Shown here in pieces: positions 7,778-15,516 of a DNA stretch of 28,348 nucleotides. Below the pieces are notes generated by a model that did not search any database, was not told the origin of the DNA, and worked only from the letters and a program-made list of their open reading frames with translations. The stretch lies in the IMG/VR virus record IMGVR_UViG_3300048577_000452, positions 1 to 28,348 of that record; one strand, given 5' to 3'. This DNA comes from a virus. Lineage: Duplodnaviria > Caudoviricetes. A program made the position numbers and the translations under genes. Every line of letters begins with the position of its first letter. The stretch's first letter is position 1.

Positions 7778-7965
7778 CGGACGCCGGGCGGCACTCCTGG
7801 CATTTGTTCTTCAGGCCTCGGAATCATAGCCAGGAGATATTCAACCTGGCGTATCACGCGGGACAAGACATGGGGAAAATGATGTCCTGGCCGCATTCGT
7901 TCCGAAGAGAAATGCTCGAGAAACTGCACGCACAATGGGAATACGAGGAAAAACAGAAGAGCTAG
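7741..7965 (+). CDS. -1 frame extension or second small tail chaperone ORF (lambda gpT / P2 gpE'-like); start uncertain
   Basis: The -1 frame is open from 7633 to TAG at 7963-7965 and encodes ...QEIFNLAYHAGQDMGKMMSWPHSFRREMLEKLHAQWEYEEKQKS*; it fills the gap up to the tape measure gene. Confidence 0.65.
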   Translation, partial: FLSTPGSAAQEITDAGRHSWHLFFRPRNHSQEIFNLAYHAGQDMGKMMSWPHSFRREMLEKLHAQWEYEEKQKS

Positions 7966-7983
7966 GAAAGCTGGAATCTTTCG

Positions 7984-10008
7984 ATGAATGATTTTGGCAT
8001 AAATTTCAAACTGACCGGAGCCGACAAGGCGAAGCGGGACATGGCGTCTCTCAAGGGCGAATACGGCGCTTTGAGCGGAGCTGTGGACCAGCATTCCCAG
8101 CGGATTCAAGGCAGCGTGAACCGGATGTCTCTCGCCATGAAGGCCAGCCTTGTTGCGGCTGCCGGTGCTCTGGGCGGCCTCATGGCCGCGGTCACTCCGT
8201 TGAAGCTTGCAGGCTCACGCGACGAGCTTACCAACGAACAGGCCAACCTCCGGGCGTTGGGTCTGGATGACGCAGGAATACAGAAGATCGAGTCCGCCGC
8301 AGAGACGTTTTCCACGAGGGTCGCGGGGGTCACAAAGGAAGCATACACCAAGGCATCATATGACGTAGTGTCCGCTTTTGCACAGCTCAGCACGGACGAA
8401 CAGGCCAAAATCACCGACATAGCACTAAATACCGGTAAGGCAACGAAGATGTCGGCGGATCATGCCACGAAGCTTTTCGGCAGTTTGTGGGGCGCTGCCG
8501 GCGACAAGATGAAGGCTGAAGGTGCGGAAAACTTCGTTCAGAAGTGGTCCGGTGCCATCTACACCGCAGTCAAGGAGTTGAAAACCACCGGTGAAGAGCT
8601 GGCGTCTGCAGCGAAGAACTCTATGTCCATGCTCATGGAAGCCGGGTGGAAGCCCGAGCAAATGGCCGCATTCTGGGGCCAGTTGATCACCAGCGGTCTC
8701 TCCGGAGAACAGGCGGGAACCGCCCTGAAACAAATGGCGATCAAAGAACGGGCCGGATTCGGCAAGCTGCTGGCCCAGACGTCCAGCAACTGGACTGATA
8801 CGGAATGGCTCAAGGGCGATGCCAAGCATATGGCGGAAGCCCGAAACAAGGGACTCATCGAAGGGTTTGCCGCCCAAGGGGCCGAGCTGTTCAAGAATGA
8901 TCCCGTGAAATGGCTCGAACGCATGGGCGGTGCTTTTGACAAGCTCAAGGCAAGCGGCGCTGACTACAAGAAAGTCCTCGGAGAAATATTCGGCGAGGAA
9001 ACGATCAATGCGATGGTCCAGTTCTTCGAGAAACGCGGCCAGATGAGCGAGACCATCGATAAAATTGCAAAGGGTAATTACGGAGACGTCAGGCGAATAG
9101 TCGAAGAGGAGATGAGTAAAGGCATTGGTCCGGCAAAGTCCATCCTCAGTCAGTTGTGGAGCAATTTGCAGCAAACGATGGGCAAGACGTTCGAAACCGG
9201 TGTGACAGGCAAACTGCAATGGATCGGTGACAAGCTCCTGCAAGTCAATGCCCTGTGGAATGCGCTCTTCAACGATACAGGCCCGCAACATGCAATCGAT
9301 TCGTTGCGAGCTGCGGGCGGGGATGCTCTTGTTGACTTGTATGAGAAGCTCCAGGGATTCCCCGACAATGTTTCGGCATTCACCGAAGGAGTTAAAGGTG
9401 GATTCATGGGAATGCTGGGCGGCCTGGGCGAAGTCGACTCGCGCATCAACTCCATAGTGGAGGCGCTTGGCAAACCCGATGAGGAGAAATGGAGGCTGAT
9501 TGGCGAGCAATTCGGCCAACTGGCAGGAACCAGCCTGACCGGATTCGTGGATTCCCTCAAAGAGGTGAAAAACACTGCTGCAGAGATCTTCGGTTTTCTC
9601 TCGCCGGTCCTGGAAATTCTCAAGTTCGCAGGCAGCGGCTACAAATTGGCAGGTCAAGCCTGGAATCAACACGGTTTGAGAGAAGACTACTATGCCGGCA
9701 CATCGGGTCTTGGTTCCATGTTTGATAATTCCGATCTCTACGACAAGCCGAATGTAACACCGGAACAAGCTTATCCCGGATGGACCGGCCCGCGTGCACC
9801 GGAAGGGCCTATGGCCAGGAACGGAGGGAGCGGACAAACAGGCGCTCCACAAATCAACGTGCAGCCGGAAGTCAGGGTCGAAGCCCCACAAGTCAACGTA
9901 CGTGTGGGTGAAAGGCAACTTACGGACATTGTGGTGGACATCGTCAAGTCCATCCGGAGTCGCTATCGGCAGGGTGCCGGCGACGGTTGGGTTGACGCCT
10001 GGGAATAA
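7984..10008 (+). CDS. Tail tape measure protein (674 aa)
   Basis: Ala/Gly-rich helical protein; YDVVSAF, ATKMSA and GLSGEQAGTALKQM motifs of TP901-type tape measures; synteny. Confidence 0.92.
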   Translation: MNDFGINFKLTGADKAKRDMASLKGEYGALSGAVDQHSQRIQGSVNRMSLAMKASLVAAAGALGGLMAAVTPLKLAGSRDELTNEQANLRALGLDDAGIQKIESAAETFSTRVAGVTKEAYTKASYDVVSAFAQLSTDEQAKITDIALNTGKATKMSADHATKLFGSLWGAAGDKMKAEGAENFVQKWSGAIYTAVKELKTTGEELASAAKNSMSMLMEAGWKPEQMAAFWGQLITSGLSGEQAGTALKQMAIKERAGFGKLLAQTSSNWTDTEWLKGDAKHMAEARNKGLIEGFAAQGAELFKNDPVKWLERMGGAFDKLKASGADYKKVLGEIFGEETINAMVQFFEKRGQMSETIDKIAKGNYGDVRRIVEEEMSKGIGPAKSILSQLWSNLQQTMGKTFETGVTGKLQWIGDKLLQVNALWNALFNDTGPQHAIDSLRAAGGDALVDLYEKLQGFPDNVSAFTEGVKGGFMGMLGGLGEVDSRINSIVEALGKPDEEKWRLIGEQFGQLAGTSLTGFVDSLKEVKNTAAEIFGFLSPVLEILKFAGSGYKLAGQAWNQHGLREDYYAGTSGLGSMFDNSDLYDKPNVTPEQAYPGWTGPRAPEGPMARNGGSGQTGAPQINVQPEVRVEAPQVNVRVGERQLTDIVVDIVKSIRSRYRQGAGDGWVDAWE

Positions 10009-10011
10009 GTG

Positions 10012-10437
10012 ATGAAAGGCATGATCATACCACTGAGCGGATCTGCAGGACATCTCACATTCCAGTGGAATCCGGATGAGATCACGGAATCCCATGAAGC
10101 GACTTGGGTGCCCATTGTGGTGGCTGGCCGAGGCGTGCCTTATCTCCAATACACGAACGGAGAAGAAGACCTCCTGGAATTCACGCTGCGGTTTTCCTCG
10201 AAAGGCGACCCGAATTTCGTCAAGAGTCAACTCGACTTGATCAAGAACTTTCGCACGCCGTCACAGAGTCTCGCGGGAATGAAGGTCCCGCCGATCTTAC
10301 AGGTAATCCTCGGCGCGGACATCCGGGGCCAATACGTGCTGACGAGGGTGAGGACGAAAAAGCACACGTACGCCAACGAATCGCTGCTCTGGTATTACGG
10401 CGATGCAAATATGACGCTATCGAAATACGAGGCATAG
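10012..10437 (+). CDS. Tail tube initiator (CIS tube / P2 gpU-like) lacking a LysM domain
   Basis: LTFQWNPDEITES...PYLQYTNGE...LEFTL...PPIL signature; start at GTG 10009 or ATG 10012. Confidence 0.8.
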   Translation: MKGMIIPLSGSAGHLTFQWNPDEITESHEATWVPIVVAGRGVPYLQYTNGEEDLLEFTLRFSSKGDPNFVKSQLDLIKNFRTPSQSLAGMKVPPILQVILGADIRGQYVLTRVRTKKHTYANESLLWYYGDANMTLSKYEA

Positions 10438-10439
10438 GC

Positions 10440-11546
10440 ATGAGCGGCCAACCTGATTTCATCATCACCATCAACGGACAGGACATGACGAAATTCTGTC
10501 AGGACTGGTCATTTACGGATGATGAGGAAGGTCAGTCAGAGATTGAAATTCAGCTCGGCAACCCGAACATGCGGTTTTCAGGCGTATTCGATTATGGACA
10601 GGATCTGTTCATCCGATTCGGATACGACGGCAATTTGCAGGGGGCGGCATACCTGCCGGTGGCAGAAGTAGAAGAGGTTTACCCGACAGGCAAAGAGCTT
10701 GCAATTATCGTCGTGGGAAGAGACGAGTCAGCGAAGCTGAGCGGTGGAAAAAAGAAGGGCGTCAAAGGCAAGGGCGACAAGGACGAAGATATCATCGGCA
10801 AAATGGCCAAAGAAGAAGGTCTGCGGTTGGCGACCGAAGAGTTCGAGGGCACCAAGCACAAGAGAGCCTACGTGATGAACGAAAATCCCAAGGAGATTGC
10901 CGCCAAATTCGCCAGAAACGGCAAGTCAAAGAAGACCGGAAGTGGCAAGCCGCCCACATCCCCGTTCGACAAACAGAAGGATGGATATCGCTTCTCCTCT
11001 GCTGAACGCATTCCTGAAGACGGGGAAGATAGAGATCGGCACCGGGGAACGAATCATTCGAATCAGCACAAGAACGAGCCGATAACCGGGACACTGGAGT
11101 TGAAGGGATACCCGACACTGAGGGCCAAGGCAAACGTGGCGATCCTGGGCGTTGGTCCGAAGGCCTCGGGCACGTATTACGTCAAGAAGGTGAAGCATCA
11201 GTGGAGTGTATCGACAGGATTCCGCACGAGCAATGCGGAGCTGATCAGGGCAGGTTCCGGTAAAGGCGATGCAGGGACCGAACCACCCATCGTGATGTAT
11301 GCGGACATCTGGAATAAGGGCGAAATATATCTTGGGCCTCGCAAGATGGACGGTCCGCCCCAGGCAACCTTCGTGTACGGCCAGGGGGAGAATCTGATCG
11401 ACTTCAAATTCCGCAACGCCCCACAGCTCAACAGACATGCGGGTGAAGGCTCCGAAGGCGAAGGCCTGGACCTTAGAGACAAGGGCGAGGCATTCAAGGC
11501 GGAATACGAAAAAGGCAAAGCCGCCGCGGCACAGGAGACTAATTGA
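10440..11546 (+). CDS. Baseplate hub protein (phage late control gpD-like)
   Basis: ATG 10440 after SD GAGG; PDFIITINGQD, IRFGYDG and GYPTLRA...ILGVG...SGTYYVKKVKHQW..GFRT motifs. Confidence 0.85.
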   Translation: MSGQPDFIITINGQDMTKFCQDWSFTDDEEGQSEIEIQLGNPNMRFSGVFDYGQDLFIRFGYDGNLQGAAYLPVAEVEEVYPTGKELAIIVVGRDESAKLSGGKKKGVKGKGDKDEDIIGKMAKEEGLRLATEEFEGTKHKRAYVMNENPKEIAAKFARNGKSKKTGSGKPPTSPFDKQKDGYRFSSAERIPEDGEDRDRHRGTNHSNQHKNEPITGTLELKGYPTLRAKANVAILGVGPKASGTYYVKKVKHQWSVSTGFRTSNAELIRAGSGKGDAGTEPPIVMYADIWNKGEIYLGPRKMDGPPQATFVYGQGENLIDFKFRNAPQLNRHAGEGSEGEGLDLRDKGEAFKAEYEKGKAAAAQETN

Positions 11547-12499
11547 TGCTCCCTAAAACGCCAATAGGCTTCGCCCCCACACCGCAGCTTATGGTGCAAT
11601 ACTGCACCTTTCACCTTGGGAAGGTGATGGCAGTCGGAGATCCGGAGGGCCGACAACGTGTGCGAGTGGAAGTGCCGGGACTCCTGGGCACGGGTAAAGA
11701 AAACTGGACCGATTGGATAGAGCTATCCGGTAACCCCATGGGCGGCACCAAAGCCGAGGGCGATGAAGGAATATGGTGGACGATGCAGGTCGGACAGATC
11801 GTCCTGGTAGGCTTCATATCCGGCGACCCTTTTGCGCTCTGGTGTGTTCCCGGACCCACAGTCCAGGAAGAAAAGGGCCGCAACAAGCAGTGGGCTCTCA
11901 AGGAAGCGAAAATTGCAGGCAAGGACAAACCCCGAGATGCGACCCGGATAAAAGGCTTCAAAACCGAAGCGGGGCATACCCTCCTTTACGATGATCGGGG
12001 CAAGAAAGAAAAGCTCGCTTTAGTCGATTGGACGGGATCGGGACTCTACCTCGTCGGGCCTGGCAAAAAAGAAGACGAGGACGAAAAAGAGGACGAAGAA
12101 TCCAAGCCCCGCAAAAACGAACGCCGCGGCACCAAGCTCGTTGCAACTAACACGTCGAAATCCGTCAAAGACCTGATCGAAGGCGCAAAGTATCTGCTCG
12201 GACTCCTGGACCTGAACGGACAGGGGATCATCAGCGTAGCAGAGGACGGTAAAGGCAAAGCCGCATTCTACGCAGCCGGTGCAAACGGCGGGATCGGACC
12301 GTCAATCCTCATCGATGCAGAAACACCCAGAATCTACATCACCTGCGGTGCCGTGCAGATGGTGTTTCGAGGCGACAAGGGCGATATCCAGGTGACACGC
12401 GCGCTGATACAGGAGCTGGAGAAGAAGTATCCCGTGGAAAACGTGATCAGCGGGATGCGAAGCGATCTGTCGAAGGCGTGGGAGGAATTCAAGGAATAG
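11546..12499 (+). CDS. Baseplate spike protein (gpV / gp5 OB-fold)
   Basis: GKVMAVGDPEGRQRVRVEVP...TDW...QVGQIVLVGFISGDP OB-fold motif; KTEAGHTLLYDD repeat; start at TTG 11543 or ATG 11546. Confidence 0.88.
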   Translation: MLPKTPIGFAPTPQLMVQYCTFHLGKVMAVGDPEGRQRVRVEVPGLLGTGKENWTDWIELSGNPMGGTKAEGDEGIWWTMQVGQIVLVGFISGDPFALWCVPGPTVQEEKGRNKQWALKEAKIAGKDKPRDATRIKGFKTEAGHTLLYDDRGKKEKLALVDWTGSGLYLVGPGKKEDEDEKEDEESKPRKNERRGTKLVATNTSKSVKDLIEGAKYLLGLLDLNGQGIISVAEDGKGKAAFYAAGANGGIGPSILIDAETPRIYITCGAVQMVFRGDKGDIQVTRALIQELEKKYPVENVISGMRSDLSKAWEEFKE

Positions 12500-12513
12500 G
12501 GGCAAGAAGAATT

Positions 12514-12642
12514 CGGGGAGGGGCTTTTTGTAAAAAGCCCCTCCCCGTGCCCCTCCGCAAAAACTTTTAATACTTTTCCGGAATCGACCGTCTTCCTGCG
12601 GAAGACCCGATTCCGGAAAACCAGTGTTCGCAACGGAAGGTT
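12514..12642 (+). repeat. Family A element, copy 2, with a second long hairpin
   Basis: 16-bp stem CGGGGAGGGGCTTTTT-GT-AAAAAGCCCCTCCCCG (12514-12547), tail, then TTTTCCGGAATCG..GTCTTCC TGC GGAAGAC..CGATTCCGGAAAA (12574-12620). Confidence 0.9.
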
Positions 12643-12649
12643 CGGGATC

Positions 12650-13510
12650 ATGATCAAAAAAGCGCCGTTTTATGGGAAGGGGTTGGCATTCCCGCTGGAG
12701 ATCGACCCGAACACTGGCGGTTTCCGCATGACTGAAGGGAACGCCGATTCCGTTTCCGTTGCCCTGGCGTATGCGCCTGACAGACAGACTATCCGGGAAG
12801 ATCCGGAGCGGGATCGGCACAATCATATTGCCGAGGCAATCGCTCACATACTCCTGGTGCGGCCTGGTGAGCATGATACGCTCCCGGAATTCGGGTCGAG
12901 GCTGTTCACGCTCATAAACAAGCCGAACAACTTCGAGACCAAGAACCTGCTCGACACCTGGCTCGAAATGGCAACGAAACGCTGGGAGAAGCGAGCAAAA
13001 ATACCTATTCCCGAAGGGGTCAAGTGGCACGGCACGGATCACGACACGGACGAAAACGTTGCTCCAGTCTGGTTCCTCGTGGAATTCATCCGCAACCAGG
13101 TGGAAGCGAACCTTGTCAGCCCATTCGTCACGCCACGGCAGGCACGTGCTCAGGAATATCCGCTCGGGGACATCGACTCCGAGGGGCATGACGGATGCAG
13201 CCGCTACCACGGGATGCCCGCTCAGGAGATCGAAGGAATCAGGTTCCTGCGGCCACGGGAAAGCGTGCCGCTGCCGCCTCGATCCGGCGACACCTTCTAC
13301 GAAGTGAAACACGGGGACACCTGGTTACTGATCAGTCACCGACTCTACGGAGACATACGCTACTGGTGGGCTATTGCTGACATGTTCATCGAAGATGCGG
13401 CTGAAGCCGGAATGTCCCTGGATGCTATGGATATCACCAGCGATCCCGAACCGGGCACGCTGCTCAGATGCCCGAGCGTGGCTCGGCTCCTCATGGAGAT
13501 GACAGGATGA
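12650..13510 (+). CDS. Baseplate wedge gp25/gpW-like protein fused to a C-terminal LysM/tail-X domain
   Basis: GKGLAFP...IAEAIAHILLVRPGE...PEFGSRL...RWEKR (gp25); YEVKHGDTWLLISHRLYGDIRYWWAIAD...PGTLLRCP (LysM). Confidence 0.88.
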   Translation: MIKKAPFYGKGLAFPLEIDPNTGGFRMTEGNADSVSVALAYAPDRQTIREDPERDRHNHIAEAIAHILLVRPGEHDTLPEFGSRLFTLINKPNNFETKNLLDTWLEMATKRWEKRAKIPIPEGVKWHGTDHDTDENVAPVWFLVEFIRNQVEANLVSPFVTPRQARAQEYPLGDIDSEGHDGCSRYHGMPAQEIEGIRFLRPRESVPLPPRSGDTFYEVKHGDTWLLISHRLYGDIRYWWAIADMFIEDAAEAGMSLDAMDITSDPEPGTLLRCPSVARLLMEMTG

Positions 13511-13533
13511 GTGCAAGAGAAAAGAAAGAATCC

Positions 13534-13640
13534 GGGGAGACCCTTCTTGAAAGAAGGGCCTCCCCAGCCCCCTCCCCAAGAACTTCTAATATTTCTCCGG
13601 AATCGACCGTCTTCCTGGCGGAAGACCCGATTCCGGAGAA
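13534..13640 (+). repeat. Family A element, copy 3, with a second long hairpin
   Basis: GGGGAGACCCTTCTT-GA-AAGAAGGGCCTCCCC (13534-13565) and TTCTCCGGAATCG...CGATTCCGGAGAA (13593-13640). Confidence 0.9.
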
Positions 13641-13664
13641 CCGTTCGCCGGGAGAGCAATATTT

Positions 13665-13721
13665 GTAGGGGCAGACCGGTGTGTCTGCCCAGATTTGGTA
13701 GCAGCCGGCCTCCGTGCCGGC
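13665..13721 (+). repeat. Two tandem GTAG-type REP palindromes
   Basis: GTAGGGGCAGACCGGTGTGTCTGCCC (13665-13690) and GTAGCAGCCGGCCTCCGTGCCGGC (13698-13721). Confidence 0.8.
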
Positions 13722-13749
13722 GATCTGAAAAGAGGAATGGTGAAGTCGC

Positions 13750-13845
13750 ATGAACGTTACGAACATCACCACGTTTGACATCTTTGTTGTGTTTCTCGCG
13801 GGAATCATATCCGGATTCCTCATTGGTAAATTCATCCTGGTGTAG
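13750..13845 (+). CDS. Small membrane peptide (31 aa), absent from the ORF track
   Basis: MNVTNITTFDIFVVFLAGIISGFLIGKFILV*; SD-like GGTGA 6 nt upstream; stops 10 nt before the baseplate J start. Confidence 0.55.
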   Translation: MNVTNITTFDIFVVFLAGIISGFLIGKFILV

Positions 13846-13855
13846 GGGCTACGCG

Positions 13856-15259
13856 ATGCCACCGCTATTTAACTTTGCCAGACGTGATTATTCAGCGCTC
13901 CTTGAGGAATTCGAAGCGGGTCTGATTGAGGCGCTACCGGAATACACGGACCTGAACCATTCCGATGCGGGTATCTCTATCGGTAGGCTGAATGCCAGCG
14001 ATCTGGATAAGCTGAATTTCTACATCGATTACGTCGCCGGCGAAGGGTTCCTGTCCAAAGCACAGGCCAGGCAGAGCCTCATCCGCCTCGCCACGGTTGT
14101 CGGGTATCTCCCTACCCTGGCGGCTGCGGCGTCCACCCGGTTCAGAATTACCAGGGAAGAAGGAGTGTCTGGGCTCATCTCCATACCGAAGTATTCCGCG
14201 ATTCCCAGAGCTGACGGTCTGCAATATGTGACTACCGATGCAGTATCCATCGCATCCGTATCTGAAAGTGTGGAGGTCAACGCTGTCCAGGGAACCGTTG
14301 TCGAGCGGGAATTGGCAGCAAGTGATTTCAGGATTGTGGATCGGACAAAGCATCCTCGGTTGAGATTAGAAGCCGGAGTCGCTGGCGGATTCACGGAACT
14401 GTCGCACGGAGATCCTGCTCAATCCTGGACGAATATCGATTCATTCTGGCGGTCATGGCCGACCGATCTGCATTTCCTCCTGGAGCTGAACGGAGATACC
14501 GACGAAGTATGGCTCGTGCTGGGCGATGGCAAGAAGGGCTCTCTCCCGCCGTCGGGGACAATGAACCTCCGCTACATCAGAACTGCAGGGGCATCAGGAA
14601 ACTGCGGGCATTCCGTGATTTACGGTGTGCCGGACGGATTCTCCGGAGTAATCACATGCACCAACATCGAACCGGCAACGGGCGGAGCTGCGGCAGAAAA
14701 CACTGAATCCATCCGCAGCATGATACCTCGCATGGTGCAACTGCAGCGCAGAGCAGTAACAACGTCCGACTATCCGTCGCTCATCGAGCATATGCCCGGA
14801 GTGCTCCACGTCCAGGCTCTGGACAGAAACATAGACAAATACTGGCCGCACGATCACATGATTCTGTACGTGGTCCCGGACGGTGGTGGGCCCATGAGCA
14901 CGCTCTTGAAACAGCAAATCTGGGCAGTATGCGGGCAATGGGGACATCTCGGGCCGTGGAAGGAACGATACATCCTGCTCGACGCTGTCGCGGATCCACT
15001 GAACGTTGCCATGCGCATAGGCGTCTTGCCGAATTATTCACCGGAAGCGGTTACAACCGCAGCTATCACCTCCGTGACAAACCTTTTGGCACCGCAAAAC
15101 CGGACAATCGGAGGACGGCTCGCATTCACGGATCTCCAAAAAACAGCGAACTCCGTTACCGGGCTGTCATGGGTCGAATTCGATAGCCCCAAACAGGACG
15201 TGCCAGCAGCAAACGGCCACATAATCACTGCCGGCGTCGTGACTGCGACGCCGCAGTAA
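13856..15259 (+). CDS. Baseplate J / T4 gp6-like wedge protein
   Basis: RDYSALLE...PEYTDLNHSDAG, A..VGY.P..A.AAST, LGDGKKG..P, ATGGAAAENTESIR and RAVTTSDY motifs; ATG 13856 preferred over TTG 13775. Confidence 0.92.
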   Translation: MPPLFNFARRDYSALLEEFEAGLIEALPEYTDLNHSDAGISIGRLNASDLDKLNFYIDYVAGEGFLSKAQARQSLIRLATVVGYLPTLAAAASTRFRITREEGVSGLISIPKYSAIPRADGLQYVTTDAVSIASVSESVEVNAVQGTVVERELAASDFRIVDRTKHPRLRLEAGVAGGFTELSHGDPAQSWTNIDSFWRSWPTDLHFLLELNGDTDEVWLVLGDGKKGSLPPSGTMNLRYIRTAGASGNCGHSVIYGVPDGFSGVITCTNIEPATGGAAAENTESIRSMIPRMVQLQRRAVTTSDYPSLIEHMPGVLHVQALDRNIDKYWPHDHMILYVVPDGGGPMSTLLKQQIWAVCGQWGHLGPWKERYILLDAVADPLNVAMRIGVLPNYSPEAVTTAAITSVTNLLAPQNRTIGGRLAFTDLQKTANSVTGLSWVEFDSPKQDVPAANGHIITAGVVTATPQ

Positions 15260-15282
15260 GAGGCAAGAGGGGCAGGAAAGAA

Positions 15283-15490
15283 TCCGGGGAGGGCCTTTTT
15301 GCAAAAAGGTCCTCCCCGGACCCCTCCTCCAAAAACACTTAATCCAATGGTGGAACCGTGAATCAACCGGCAACAAATTCAACGTCCAGCAACCGTGTTC
15401 CTGCGCAACGGGCGGTGTGCGAGACATGTGTGAAAAGTTTTTGGGTGGGGGTCCGGGGGCACCTTTTTTGCCAAAAAAGGGACCCCCGGA
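15283..15490. repeat. Inverted pair of family A elements (copies 4 and 5) around a ~90-bp spacer
   Basis: Copy 4 at 15283-15342 (+) and copy 5 at 15431-15490 (-), with their CAAAAAC tails pointing inward. Confidence 0.88.
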
Positions 15491-15516
15491 ACGCCTTTCC
15501 GAAGGGTTTTTAGGCA

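Noticed and set aside
8425-10230. 601-aa ORF on the - strand (likewise 18421-19920, 20980-21948, 12302-13312, 22727-23629)
   Set aside because: Shadow ORFs antisense to well-supported structural genes in GC-rich DNA; no recognisable motifs
10104-10439. Longer starts in the ORF track (10104, 13775, 21989, 22433, 27440, 6557, 765)
   Set aside because: They overlap upstream genes or repeats; downstream ATGs have SD sequences or stop-start coupling and match family N-termini
13468-13753. Short ORFs across the family A and REP cluster (also 12334-12657, 15034-15529)
   Set aside because: Translations of palindromic repeats; similar peptides recur wherever the repeat occurs
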